Part shown: positions 1 through 10,193 of the stretch, piece after piece | Layout: each line of letters opens with the position of its first letter | Position numbering within the stretch: position 1 is the stretch's first letter | Assembly (NCBI GenBank): GCA_041645165.1 | Contig: JBAZQN010000012.1 | Span: 636-64,635, forward strand | Source of the DNA: Patescibacteria group bacterium | Lineage (GTDB): Bacteria > Patescibacteriota > Patescibacteriia > 2-02-FULL-49-11 | DNA: 64,000 bases | Reading direction: 5' to 3' | Position numbers and translations under genes: made by a program | Notes under the pieces: model-generated | Seen by the model: the letters and a program-made list of their open reading frames with translations, nothing else | Databases searched by the model: none | What the model was told of the DNA's origin: nothing

Positions 1-2
1 AA

Positions 3-3000
3 GCCCCCTTAAGAGTGCAGACGCAGCTGTTGAATAAGCGGACGGGAGAGAAGCGCGAGCAGGAGATCTACCTCGGCGATTTCCCCATCATGACCGATCG
101 CGGCACCTTTGTGGTGAACGGCATTGAGCGCGTAGTCGTATCCCAGCTCATCCGTTCCGCAGGGGTGTTTTTTACTTCCGAATATTTCCGCGGACGGCGG
201 TGGTACGGCGCGAAAATCATTCCCAACCGCGGCGCGTGGCTTGAAATCGAGACCGCGCCCTCTGGCGTGATTTCCGTCAAGATTGACCGGAAGAGAAAGG
301 TGCCCGTCTCGTCCCTCTTCCGCGCGTTCGGCATGGGCAATGACGAAGAAATTTTGGCGTACTTCAAAGAGGTTGATACTGATCCCGAATTAAGCTACAT
401 GGGCATCACCGTGGCAAAAGATATTGCGCACAGCGAAGGGGAAGGCCTTCGTGAGGTGTATAAGCGCATCCGTCCAGGAGACTTAGCTACCCTTGATAAC
501 GCGAAGTCGCTCATTTACGCCACCTTTTTCAACTTTGAGCGGTATGATTTCGGAAACGTCGGCAGATACAAGCTGAATCAGCGGTTTAAGAGAAATTGGC
601 CCTTGAATAAGGAGCACCGCGTGTTCAAGCGTGAAGACCTCATCGATATCGTGCGTGAGGTGGTGCGCCTCAATGTGAGCCAAGCGGAACCTGATGACAT
701 TGATCACCTTGGCAATCGGCGCGTGCGCGCCATCGGTGAATTGGTGCAAAACCGTTTTCGCGTAGGACTCATGCGGATGGAGCGCATTGTGCGCGACCGC
801 ATGTCTACGCTGGATATCGCCACGATTACGCCAGGGCAGCTCACCAATGCGCGGCCGGTGATCGGCGCCATCAAAGAATTTTTCATGAGTTCGCAGCTTT
901 CGCAGTTCATGGACCAGACCAACCCCTTAGCAGAGCTTGAACACAAGCGCAGGCTGTCTGCGATGGGGCCGGGAGGGCTTTCTCGTGAGCGCGCGGGATT
1001 CGAGGTGCGGGATGTCCATCGCACGCACTACGGCCGCATCTGCCCCATCTCAACTCCTGAAGGGCCGAACATTGGCTTGGTGGGCCACCTTGCGAGCTAT
1101 GCGCGGGTGAATGAGTATGGATTTATTGAGACGCCATTCCTTCGCGTGAAACATGAAGTGGAAAATCGCACGGATGAGACTGATGGGGAGATCGCGCAGG
1201 AAGACTTCATCAACCCTGCTTCCGGTTCCGCGGTGGTATCCAAGGGTGACCAGATTACTCATGAGCGCGCGCTTCAGCTCGCGGGTATTATAGAAATAAA
1301 GAAAGTAAAGATGAAGCCTCGGGTAACCAATCAAATTGTATGGCTTGATGCATTTTCTGAAGAACGGTATATCACCGTCGCGGCCACCGCGCCGCACGAC
1401 GAGCAGGGCTATTTCCTCGCAGAACGCTGCGAAGTGCGCCAAGGAGGGAAGCCTACCATTGAACCAGTCGAGCGGATTAATTATATGGATGTGGCACCGA
1501 ATCAGATCGTCTCCATAGCGACCTCCCTTATACCATTTCTTGAGCATGACGATGCGGTGCGCGCGCTCATGGGCACCAATATGCAGCGCCAATCAGTGCC
1601 GTGCGTCCGCCCTGAATCTCCGCTGGTGGGCACAGGGGTAGAGCGGCGGGCAGCGCAGGATTCAGGCCATGTGATTGTGAGCTCGGTGGAGGGAACGGTA
1701 AAGACAGTGCGGGGAGATTTTGTCGCCATTGAGGGCAAAGACGGGAAACTGTATGAATATCCCTTAAGGAAGTTTGTGCGCTCCAACGCCTCCACCTGCC
1801 TCAATCAGCGCCCTTTGGTGAACCCGGGGGAGACCGTGACGAAGGGGACCGTGATCGCGGACGGCGCCGCGTCTGACCATGGGGATCTGGCGCTTGGGTC
1901 AAACCTTCTTGTCGCATTCATGATTTGGGAAGGCGGAAATTATGAAGATGCCATCCTTATTTCCGAGCGTGTCGTGGAGAAGGACCGTTATACGTCCATT
2001 CATATTGAAGACTATGTCATCGACGTGCGGGAAACGAAACTGGGGCCGGAAGTGGTCACGCGCGATATCCCGAACGTGGGCGAGGAAAAGCTTAAAGATC
2101 TTGATGAACGCGGCATCGTGCGTATAGGCGCCCAGGTGTCATCCGGGGACATCCTCGTGGGGAAAATCACTCCCAAAGGGGAAACGGAGCTCTCGGCGGA
2201 GGAGCGGCTGCTGCGCGCCATATTCGGCGAGAAAGCAAAAGAAGTGAGGGACTCGTCGCTCTATCTGGAGCATGGCGAACACGGCAAGGTGGTGGACGTG
2301 AAGATATTTTCCCGCAACGAAGGCGATAAATTGCCCTCAGGCGTCATTGAGCAGATTCAAGTGTCGGTGGCGCGGTTAAGGAAGGTGCAGGTAGGCGATA
2401 AAATGGCGGGGCGCCACGGCAATAAGGGCGTAATCTCGCGCATCGTGCCCGTGGAAGACATGCCTTACCTTGAGGACGGCACGCCCGTGGACATTATCCT
2501 GAATCCTTTGGGCGTGGCGTCGCGCATGAACATCGGGCAGATTCTCGAGACGCACCTTGGGCTCGCCGCACATGCACTCGGCTACAAGGTGGCGACGCCT
2601 CCGTTCCATGGCGTGCCTGAAGAATATATCAAGGATGAGCTTGAGAAGGCAGGGTACCGGAGAGACGGGAAGATGACGCTCTATGACGGCAGAAGCGGCA
2701 ATCCATTCGACCTTTCGGTCACGGTCGGCTATATCTATATAATGAAGCTTAACCATTTGGTGGAAGACAAAATACACCAGCGCTCCATAGGCCCGTATTC
2801 GCTGGTCACGCAGCAGCCCCTGGGAGGGAAAGCGCAATTCGGCGGCCAGCGATTTGGGGAAATGGAAGTGTGGGCGCTTGAAGCATACGGCGCCGCGCAT
2901 ATGCTCCAGGAGATGCTCACCATTAAATCTGACGACGTGGTGGGCCGCTCGAAAGCGTATGAGTCTATTATCAAGGGCGAGCCTATCAGGCGCCTCAACG

Positions 3001-3116
3001 TGCCGGAGTCATTCAACGTACTCATTAGGGAGCTCAAAGGCCTCTGCTTGGATGTGGAATTATTGAAAGAAGGCAATGTGGTGGCAAACGAGGTGGGAGG
3101 AGAGAAACGGTCATAA
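3..3116 (+). CDS. rpoB: DNA-directed RNA polymerase subunit beta, 5'-truncated at window edge
   Basis: Open frame runs from the window start (track M at 15 is internal); hallmark RpoB segments ([43 protein letters not shown]); rpoC follows 88 bp downstream. Confidence 0.97.
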   Translation, partial: APLRVQTQLLNKRTGEKREQEIYLGDFPIMTDRGTFVVNGIERVVVSQLIRSAGVFFTSEYFRGRRWYGAKIIPNRGAWLEIETAPSGVISVKIDRKRKVPVSSLFRAFGMGNDEEILAYFKEVDTDPELSYMGITVAKDIAHSEGEGLREVYKRIRPGDLATLDNAKSLIYATFFNFERYDFGNVGRYKLNQRFKRNWPLNKEHRVFKREDLIDIVREVVRLNVSQAEPDDIDHLGNRRVRAIGELVQNRFRVGLMRMERIVRDRMSTLDIATITPGQLTNARPVIGAIKEFFMSSQLSQFMDQTNPLAELEHKRRLSAMGPGGLSRERAGFEVRDVHRTHYGRICPISTPEGPNIGLVGHLASYARVNEYGFIETPFLRVKHEVENRTDETDGEIAQEDFINPASGSAVVSKGDQITHERALQLAGIIEIKKVKMKPRVTNQIVWLDAFSEERYITVAATAPHDEQGYFLAERCEVRQGGKPTIEPVERINYMDVAPNQIVSIATSLIPFLEHDDAVRALMGTNMQRQSVPCVRPESPLVGTGVERRAAQDSGHVIVSSVEGTVKTVRGDFVAIEGKDGKLYEYPLRKFVRSNASTCLNQRPLVNPGETVTKGTVIADGAASDHGDLALGSNLLVAFMIWEGGNYEDAILISERVVEKDRYTSIHIEDYVIDVRETKLGPEVVTRDIPNVGEEKLKDLDERGIVRIGAQVSSGDILVGKITPKGETELSAEERLLRAIFGEKAKEVRDSSLYLEHGEHGKVVDVKIFSRNEGDKLPSGVIEQIQVSVARLRKVQVGDKMAGRHGNKGVISRIVPVEDMPYLEDGTPVDIILNPLGVASRMNIGQILETHLGLAAHALGYKVATPPFHGVPEEYIKDELEKAGYRRDGKMTLYDGRSGNPFDLSVTVGYIYIMKLNHLVEDKIHQRSIGPYSLVTQQPLGGKAQFGGQRFGEMEVWALEAYGAAHMLQEMLTIKSDDVVGRSKAYESIIKGEPIRRLNVPESFNVLIRELKGLCLDVELLKEGNVVANEVGGEKRS

Positions 3117-3203
3117 CAAACAACAATCCAAAACCCAAAATGTAAAAACCAAAATGATACGCCAAAATTTTCAATTTTACATTTTCATTTTGGAGTTTGG
3201 ATT

Positions 3204-6200
3204 TTGCATTTTGATTCTCTTATGATGTTTGAAGAACAACACCCCTCTACTGATTTTGACGCGATACGCCTGCGCCTCGCCAGCCCTGAGGTGATGAGGA
3301 AGTGGTCCTATGGAGAGGTGACGAAACCAGAAACCATCAACTACCGCACGCAGAAGCCGGAGAAGGATGGTTTGTTTGACGAGCGCATTTTCGGCCCCAC
3401 GAAAGATTGGGAGTGTTACTGCGGGAAGTACAAACGTATCCGCTACAAGGGCATCGTATGCGATAAGTGCGGCGTCGAGGTGACGCGCGCGGTCGTGCGC
3501 CGGGAGAGGATGGGTCATATAAACCTTGCCGCGCCCGTCACCCATATTTGGTTCTTACGGAGCGTCCCGTCCAATATCGGGCTCATGCTTGACCTCTCGG
3601 TGCAGGAGCTTGAGAAGGTAGTGTACTTTGCAAATTTCATCGTGCTCAAGGTGAATGAGGAGTTGAGGCAGGCAACCCTTCAGCAAGTCCAGGATGAGCA
3701 CAAGACGAGGAAGAAGGAGATTGAGCGGGAGTGGGAACAAACGCACAGCGCTCTCATGGCGGATAAAAACGCGAGCGGCGTCAGCGAGCGTGTGGTCCAG
3801 CTCCAGCGGCAAAAGGAAGAGCGTCTTAAGGAGCTGGAGAGCGCCGTAATACTTGCGCGTAAGGAAATCACCGAATTGAAACCGCTCATGACCATGTCGG
3901 AGTCGCAGTACCAGGATTTGGCGCTGAAGTACGGCCATGTATTTGAAGCGGGGATTGGCGCGGAAGCAGTCTACGAACTACTCAAGAGCATCGACCTTGC
4001 CGCGCTCGTGCGCGAGCTTGAGGATGAAGCGCATGAAGTGGTGGCGTCAAAACAGAAAAGGGTTTTAAAGCGGCTGAAGCTCACGAAAACATTTCTCCTC
4101 AATGGGATACGCCCGGAATGGCTGGTGCTTACCGTCGTGCCTGTAGTACCTCCTGATTTGCGTCCGATGGTGCAGCTTGATGGAGGGCGTTTCGCCGCGT
4201 CCGACTTGAATGACCTCTACCGCCGCGTCATCAACCGCAATAATCGCCTGAAGCGCCTACTGGAACTTAATGCGCCTGAGGTGATTACCAGGAATGAAAA
4301 ACGCATGTTGCAGGAAGCAGTGGACGCTTTGATTGACAACAGCGCGCGCCACGGCAAAACCGTCACCGCGTCCACCGGGCAGAAGAGGATGCTCAAATCC
4401 CTTGCCGATATTTTGAAGGGGAAACAAGGGCGTTTCCGCCAGAACCTGTTGGGGAAGCGCGTGGACTATTCCGGACGTTCGGTCATCGTGGTGGGGCCGC
4501 ATCTTTTACTCCACCAATGCGGGCTCCCTAAGAGAATGGCGCTCGAACTTTTCAAGCCGTTCGTGATTGCGAAGCTCATCGCGGGAGAATACGTCCATAA
4601 CGTGCGTTCTGCCAACCGGTTTATCGAATCCGGGCGGAGCGAAGTGTGGGATATTCTTGAAGAGGTGACGAAAAATTCCCACGTCTTGCTCAACCGCGCG
4701 CCCACCCTGCACCGGTTGGGAATCGAGGCGTTTCAGCCGATCCTTATTGAAGGGAAAGCAATTCAGGTCCACCCTCTGGTGTGCCCTCCTTTCAACGCGG
4801 ATTTCGACGGAGACCAGATGGCGGTGCATGTGCCGCTCACGGAAGAGGCAAAAAAAGAAGCGCGGGAGTTGATGCTCGCGTCCCGTAATATTTTAAAACC
4901 CGCGACAGGCGATCCCGTGATGGCTCCCCAGCAAGATCTCGTCTTGGGCTGTTTCTATCTTTCAACGTTTACGCGCGAGTCCTCTGAACTTCCCCAAACC
5001 GCATTAAAAAAGTTTTTCAATTCGGACGAGGCACTTACCGCATATGAAGTGGGCAGTATCCGTTTGCGCGAGCGGATACTGGTGCGCTACAGAGGCGCGC
5101 TCCTTGATACTTCAGTGGGCCGCATCATATTCAATGAGACGCTTCCCGAACAACTGCGGTTCGTGAACGAGGTGCTGGACAAGTCGAGATTGCGCTCACT
5201 TATCGCAAGGAACGTGGAGCACTTTGGCATTGAACCGACCGCACTGCTGTTAGACGAGATAAAGCGACTTTCTCTTGAGTATCTCACTATGTCAGGCATC
5301 TCTTGGGGCATGGATGACCTGCCGAAACTTCCTGAAAAAGATGCGATTGTTGCGAGCGCGGATAAGGAGGTGGATGAGGTGGAATCCATGTATGAACAAG
5401 GGTTACTTACTGATGACGAGCGCCATACCAAAGTGATTGAGATTTGGGCGCGGGTGAAAGATGAAGTGACGAAAATATCCAAAAAAAGCCTTGACCGCAA
5501 CGGTTCGGTCTATGCGATGATCGAGTCAGGCGCGCGCGGCAGCTGGGCGCAGATTACGCAAATGATGGGTATGAAAGGGAACGTGGCAAACCCCGCCGGT
5601 GATCTCATTGAATTGCCGGTCAAAGCAAGTTTCAAAGAAGGCCTTGAGGTGCTTGAATATTTCATATCCACCCACGGCGCGCGCAAAGGCTTGTCTGATA
5701 CCGCATTAAGGACTGCCAATGCGGGCTATCTGACGCGGCGCTTGATTGATGTGTCCCAGGATGTGGTTATCTTGGAGGAGGACTGTGGCGACACTGAAGG
5801 ACTTGCCATTACCAAGGAAGACAGCGAGGAGATGGGAGAGACTATTGCAGCGCGGGTACGGGGCAGGAAATTAGCTGCGGCGATAAAGGAACCCTCCACC
5901 AAGAAGGTGATTGCCAAAAAAGGGGAGACCGTGACTGATGAGCTTGCGCGGCAGATTGAATCTCTCAACTTGGACTTGGTGAAGATACGGTCCGCGCTCT
6001 CGTGCAAGACGCTTCGGGGTTTATGTGCCGCCTGTTATGGATGGGATTTGGGATACAATAAAGATGTTGCGAAGGGGACTGCCGTGGGTATTATCGCTGC
6101 GCAGTCCATAGGAGAGCCTGGCACCCAGCTCACTATGCGCACGTTCCATACGGGCGGTGTGGCCGGATCAGATATCACTCAAGGTCTCCCTCGTGTGGAG

Positions 6201-7082
6201 GAGCTTTTTGAAGCGCGTCCGGTGAAACGCCCCGCGCTCATGGCGCCCATTGAAGGCACGGTCGCGATTGGAGACGCGGCATCTGTGCCGGGGCAGGGGG
6301 GCAGGCAGCGCATCATTACCATAACCGGCAAGGAACTGCATGAGGAAAAAATTGAAATTGGTCCTGCCGACCTTGACCAGCTTCTCGTGAAGGACGGGGA
6401 GAAGGTGAAGCGCAATGCAGTGCTTCTTGAAACTGCTACCAAGAAGGTCATTGCCCCCATCGCAGGGGTCGTGGAAGTGCGCGAGGGTGAAGGCGGGCGG
6501 CTCTTGCTTATTATCAAGACGGAGCGCGACGCCACTAAAGAGCTTATTGTCCCTGCGGGGATAGGGCTCTGGGTTCGCGAAGGCGACACTGTGGAACGCG
6601 GAGACCAGTTGACGGAAGGGTCGCTTGATTTGCATGAGCTTTTTGCCTTAAAAGGCAAAGAAGCGGTGCAAAAATATGTGATCAAAGAGATTCAGTATAT
6701 CTATTCTTCGCAGGGGCAGAAGCTCAACGATAAACATATCGAGATCATCGTGCGCCAGATATTCTCCCGCGTGTATATTATGAGCGCAGGCGATAGCGAA
6801 TTCCTGCCCGGGGAAGTGGTGGAATTATCGGAGTTTGAGTCAATGAACAGGGATATTATCGCGCGCGGCAAGAAGCCTGCGACCAGCAAACAGCTGCTCT
6901 TAGGCATCACCAAGTCATCGCTCTCGACTTCCTCATTCCTCTCTGCCGCGTCGTTCCAGGAAACCGCGCGCGTGCTCATTGACGCGGCGGTGTCAGGCAA
7001 GGTGGATCACTTGAGGGGCCTCAAAGAAAATGTCATCATCGGCCGGCTCATCCCCGCAGGCACCGGGTTCAGGAAGACGTAG
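3204..7082 (+). CDS. rpoC: DNA-directed RNA polymerase subunit beta'
   Basis: 1292 aa; Zn-binding CYCGKYKRIRYKGIVCDKCGVEV, catalytic NADFDGDQMAVHVPL, C-terminal GRLIPAGTGF; canonical rpoB-rpoC order. Confidence 0.97.
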   Translation: MHFDSLMMFEEQHPSTDFDAIRLRLASPEVMRKWSYGEVTKPETINYRTQKPEKDGLFDERIFGPTKDWECYCGKYKRIRYKGIVCDKCGVEVTRAVVRRERMGHINLAAPVTHIWFLRSVPSNIGLMLDLSVQELEKVVYFANFIVLKVNEELRQATLQQVQDEHKTRKKEIEREWEQTHSALMADKNASGVSERVVQLQRQKEERLKELESAVILARKEITELKPLMTMSESQYQDLALKYGHVFEAGIGAEAVYELLKSIDLAALVRELEDEAHEVVASKQKRVLKRLKLTKTFLLNGIRPEWLVLTVVPVVPPDLRPMVQLDGGRFAASDLNDLYRRVINRNNRLKRLLELNAPEVITRNEKRMLQEAVDALIDNSARHGKTVTASTGQKRMLKSLADILKGKQGRFRQNLLGKRVDYSGRSVIVVGPHLLLHQCGLPKRMALELFKPFVIAKLIAGEYVHNVRSANRFIESGRSEVWDILEEVTKNSHVLLNRAPTLHRLGIEAFQPILIEGKAIQVHPLVCPPFNADFDGDQMAVHVPLTEEAKKEARELMLASRNILKPATGDPVMAPQQDLVLGCFYLSTFTRESSELPQTALKKFFNSDEALTAYEVGSIRLRERILVRYRGALLDTSVGRIIFNETLPEQLRFVNEVLDKSRLRSLIARNVEHFGIEPTALLLDEIKRLSLEYLTMSGISWGMDDLPKLPEKDAIVASADKEVDEVESMYEQGLLTDDERHTKVIEIWARVKDEVTKISKKSLDRNGSVYAMIESGARGSWAQITQMMGMKGNVANPAGDLIELPVKASFKEGLEVLEYFISTHGARKGLSDTALRTANAGYLTRRLIDVSQDVVILEEDCGDTEGLAITKEDSEEMGETIAARVRGRKLAAAIKEPSTKKVIAKKGETVTDELARQIESLNLDLVKIRSALSCKTLRGLCAACYGWDLGYNKDVAKGTAVGIIAAQSIGEPGTQLTMRTFHTGGVAGSDITQGLPRVEELFEARPVKRPALMAPIEGTVAIGDAASVPGQGGRQRIITITGKELHEEKIEIGPADLDQLLVKDGEKVKRNAVLLETATKKVIAPIAGVVEVREGEGGRLLLIIKTERDATKELIVPAGIGLWVREGDTVERGDQLTEGSLDLHELFALKGKEAVQKYVIKEIQYIYSSQGQKLNDKHIEIIVRQIFSRVYIMSAGDSEFLPGEVVELSEFESMNRDIIARGKKPATSKQLLLGITKSSLSTSSFLSAASFQETARVLIDAAVSGKVDHLRGLKENVIIGRLIPAGTGFRKT

Positions 7083-7126
7083 TCAAGATTATTTCAACCT
7101 TACAACATACACTTTACACCAATTTG

Positions 7127-7168
7127 AAAAGCTGTTATCAGGATGTTACCTAATAACAGCTTTTTTGA
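7127..7168. terminator. Bidirectional rho-independent terminator between convergent rpoC and ABC permease
   Basis: aaaagctgttat...ataacagctttt stem (12 bp) followed by TTTTTT; A-run on the other side serves the minus strand. Confidence 0.7.
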
Positions 7169-7174
7169 GTGTCT

Positions 7175-7825
7175 TTAACCTTCGGTTAGTTTCCTCTCGA
7201 TTCGCTTCCCCACTAACTCAAGAGGAAGAATGATAATGAGGTACATTGTGGCAAGCGCCGTATATACCTCCATCGGCCGAAAGGTTTCGGCGTTTATGCT
7301 CGCCGCTCGATTCACCAGCTCTCCCACCCCAATCACCGAGGCGAGCGAGGTGAGTTTGATGGACGTAATCCACTCGCCCATCAAGTTGGGCAACATATTT
7401 CTAACAGCTTGTGGCAAGATAATATGCCACATCGTCTGCCACCACGTCGCCCCTTCCATTGCGGCCGCTTCGATCTGATTCCTCGGGATAGTTTCGATCC
7501 CTGCCCTAATGTTCTCTGCCGCATATGCAGCTAGGTTCAGAGCGAGGGCAATGACGGCAGAGATAAATGCCGTCCAAAACGGGACCTGATAATAAATCCC
7601 AAGGATCAATACTAGTGCAGGTATCGCTCGGAACACCACAATATAGATGCCTGCCAGGGTTCGCAATATGGGATTGCGAGATTTCCTGGCAAGCGCGAGC
7701 GCAGCTCCGAGTATAGTGCCGAATACGACCGTTAAGACAGATAATGCAGCAGTCATGAACGCACCATAGAGAAACGCCTCTCGATACCGCCAGAAAATAC
7801 TCCAATCCCATACCATTACAATCAC
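7175..7825 (-). CDS. Polar amino-acid ABC transporter permease (His/Glu/Gln/Arg/opine family)
   Basis: 216 aa, about 5 TM helices, EAA-like loop (IEAAAMEGATWWQT) typical of HisM/GlnP-type permeases; immediately downstream of the SBP gene. Confidence 0.8.
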   Translation of the reverse strand: MIVMVWDWSIFWRYREAFLYGAFMTAALSVLTVVFGTILGAALALARKSRNPILRTLAGIYIVVFRAIPALVLILGIYYQVPFWTAFISAVIALALNLAAYAAENIRAGIETIPRNQIEAAAMEGATWWQTMWHIILPQAVRNMLPNLMGEWITSIKLTSLASVIGVGELVNRAASINAETFRPMEVYTALATMYLIIILPLELVGKRIERKLTEG

Positions 7826-7830
7826 CTCCT

Positions 7831-8640
7831 TTACTTGTGAACTACACGGATGCCGTATTTTGCTTCAAGCATCCGAACTACTCCCTTCTCAACCAACAAA
7901 TCAATATGAACTTGTAAAAAGCCTCTCCACTCATCATCCCCCTTTCTCACTGCCCAAGCGGCAGCGGTGAGACCGAACGGGTTTTCGGCAAAAGGATTCA
8001 CAACCTCATTGGCGTGGGCTTTAACAAAAAGGTCAATCACGTCTGTCCCCCCAATGGCGACATCAGCTCTTCCCGAAAGAACTTCAAGAGCGAATCGTGT
8101 GACGTCTGCCGACTCCACAGCTATGCGCTTAATTTTGGCATGAGGTAAGTGTTGCGCTACCCACGGATCTGCGGCTTCCCCTGTAGCAACAATAATGTCG
8201 CATTCAGACGTGTCGAAATCAGCAACGTCGGTGATGCCCGCAAATCTCGCATTATCTTTTCTGACGATTGCGCCGTACCCCATATAAAACCAAGGGCTAG
8301 TGAAGTCGACGACCTTAAGACGCGACTCAGTGATGTAGAGCTCCGCCGCGACGACGTCACTCCGATGTGACGTCAGGGTTGTAACGGCAGTCCCCCAAGT
8401 GGCCTCATTCCAATGGACACGAGCTCCTATATGGGAGGCAAGACTGTCCATTAGCTCGATCATGTAGCCCGAACGAATACCCGTGATTGGGTCTTTGATC
8501 GAGAACGGTGGATTGACCACCGTCGTTGCCCTAATAACGCAGGTTCGACGAACCCTTTGTAAGGTAGGTCCTTCCTGCTTCTGGCACGCACTAAAGATAA
8601 GTGTCACGCCAAACAGCATCAAGTAAATATTCCGTTTCAT
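7831..8640 (-). CDS. Amino-acid ABC transporter substrate-binding lipoprotein (family 3 SBP)
   Basis: 269 aa; lipoprotein signal MKRNIYLMLFGVTLIFSAC; SBP_bac_3-like fold; operon with the permease; no ATPase gene adjacent. Confidence 0.75.
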   Translation of the reverse strand: MKRNIYLMLFGVTLIFSACQKQEGPTLQRVRRTCVIRATTVVNPPFSIKDPITGIRSGYMIELMDSLASHIGARVHWNEATWGTAVTTLTSHRSDVVAAELYITESRLKVVDFTSPWFYMGYGAIVRKDNARFAGITDVADFDTSECDIIVATGEAADPWVAQHLPHAKIKRIAVESADVTRFALEVLSGRADVAIGGTDVIDLFVKAHANEVVNPFAENPFGLTAAAWAVRKGDDEWRGFLQVHIDLLVEKGVVRMLEAKYGIRVVHK

Positions 8641-8842
8641 GGTTTACTCCTCTCTAAGTTAGGTTGTCAAAAAGCAATGTAATTTATATTAAACGTGGAA
8701 GTATATAGGAAATAATACGATTTGTCAAGATTGTGTATACACTAATATAATACTTTACAAGGCTTATTTTTTGATATATAATTAAATTGTCGAAGATTAT
8801 TTACAACATGGTTCGACAAATTCACCATGACAATTATGAAAT

Positions 8843-9634
8843 ATGCCTGAAATTAGCCAACTCCTCTCCCAACTCGGCCTTGGAGAAAAAGAAGTGAAGG
8901 TATTCTTAGGTCTCGTTAAGCTTGGTTCCTCAACCGTGAGCGAGATTGCAGACGAAGCGAAAATCACTCGCACCCATGTTTACGAACTGGCGGAGTCTCT
9001 CAAGAAGAAAGGACTCCTCACGCTCTCTGGCACTGCAGGAATCCGTAAATATGAAGCGCTTGATCATGCCGGTCTCTTAGCCTTTATTTCCCATAAACAA
9101 AAAGAGCTCCAAGAGCTCGAAAAATCGCTTGCTCATGCGGCCAATCAGTTTAATTCCTTGCAGAAAGGTGGAAAATTAAAGACCAAAGTCCGTTTCTTTG
9201 AAGGAGTAAAAGGGATTGAAGCGATTTATCATGAAGTAAAACGCGACTGTAACGCCATGGCGCCTGGCTATGACCTTTTGGTGATATTCTCACCCGGACG
9301 AGTGGAAAAGCTTATGCCAGGATGGTTCAAGAAAGAACTTTATTTTGACGAGCCAGGCATGAGAAAACGCGGCATTCTCGCAGACACGGAATTTACGAAA
9401 CATTTCATTGAAAAGTTGAAAACAAGTAAATATGAACAGCACTATAAAATTTGGCCAAAAGAAAGAGGTGAATTTCCTACTGATACTGTCAGTTGGTCAA
9501 ACAAAATGTTCCTCATCGATCTCATCGACTACCCATCCGGCATTATCATAGAAGACGCAGCCATCGTGAAGTCGTTTAAGATGTGGTTCGACCTCATGTG
9601 GGAGCAATTGCCATTAAGCGTGACCATTCCATGA
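8843..9634 (+). CDS. TrmB-family transcriptional regulator (winged HTH, sugar-sensing type)
   Basis: N-terminal LSQLGLGEKEVKVFLGLVKLGSSTVSEIADEAKITRTHVYELAESLKKKGLL matches the TrmB HTH; divergent from the ABC transporter operon across an AT-rich spacer. Confidence 0.7.
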   Translation: MPEISQLLSQLGLGEKEVKVFLGLVKLGSSTVSEIADEAKITRTHVYELAESLKKKGLLTLSGTAGIRKYEALDHAGLLAFISHKQKELQELEKSLAHAANQFNSLQKGGKLKTKVRFFEGVKGIEAIYHEVKRDCNAMAPGYDLLVIFSPGRVEKLMPGWFKKELYFDEPGMRKRGILADTEFTKHFIEKLKTSKYEQHYKIWPKERGEFPTDTVSWSNKMFLIDLIDYPSGIIIEDAAIVKSFKMWFDLMWEQLPLSVTIP

Positions 9635-9731
9635 TTCAGTGTGGAGTTTCATCGCAAGCGTTGGCTTTAGGATGATGTGGTCATATAATAAGCTGTCGGT
9701 GAACGAAGTGAGAACAATTAATATTCAATAT

Positions 9732-9764
9732 AACGCTATTGATAGAATCGATAGCGTTTTTTTC
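9732..9764 (+). terminator. Rho-independent terminator after the trmB-like gene
   Basis: aacgctat...atagcgtt stem followed by a 7-T run. Confidence 0.7.
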
Positions 9765-9842
9765 TGTTTTCACGATCACCGTGCGATAGATAGCAGACCT
9801 CTTTATCCTTGGCATTATTTCCTCTGTTTCCGCAACCCCCTT

Positions 9843-9878
9843 AAACCCGCATTTACCTGGTAGATGCGGGTTTTGTCT
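9843..9878 (+). terminator. Second tandem rho-independent terminator
   Basis: aacccgcat-ttacctggtag-atgcgggtt followed by TTTGTCTT. Confidence 0.6.
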
Positions 9879-10033
9879 TGGGTATTTTACTGAAGTGCCT
9901 GTCTAGAACAACTCCTGCATAAAAATGCGAAATTATGATATACTAACAGCATTCATGTAACAGAATTTCAATCCTTCTGCGTTATTCTGCGTGTAAATCT
10001 GCGTTCTTCCGCTTCTATTGGTATAGAAGCAGA

Positions 10034-10137
10034 CCCGCCTGCCAACGCCTATAGACATAGGCAGAATGCAGTATGATTATAGGCCTAGAGTAACGGTCGT
10101 ATCTCATTTCAGGGAATAGGCAATGGCGGGCGGGTAT
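10034..10137 (+). repeat. Repeat family B copy 1: structured element closed by a GCCCGCC / GGCGGGC long-range stem, upstream of ftsK
   Basis: Shares cccgcctgccaacgcc ... ggc(a/t)atggcgggc(a/g)ggtat ends with copies at 18785-18899 and 20067-20181; preceded by an ATCTGCG cluster and a gcttctattggtatagaagc hairpin. Confidence 0.6.
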
Positions 10138-10193
10138 ACGCTGATGGTGACGCAGATGTACGCAGAAGTAACTGAAGTACTAAGCTGATTATT

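Noticed and set aside
68-3076. Many 60-180-aa antisense and alternative-frame ORFs inside rpoB and rpoC (e.g. 1050-1592, 2376-2900, 3555-3938, 6179-6685)
   Set aside because: Fully embedded in highly conserved RNA polymerase coding sequence on the opposite strand or frame; no independent support.
9639-9863. 74-aa ORF after the trmB-like gene
   Set aside because: Spans two intrinsic terminators and has no RBS; more likely 3'-UTR or a small RNA than a protein.
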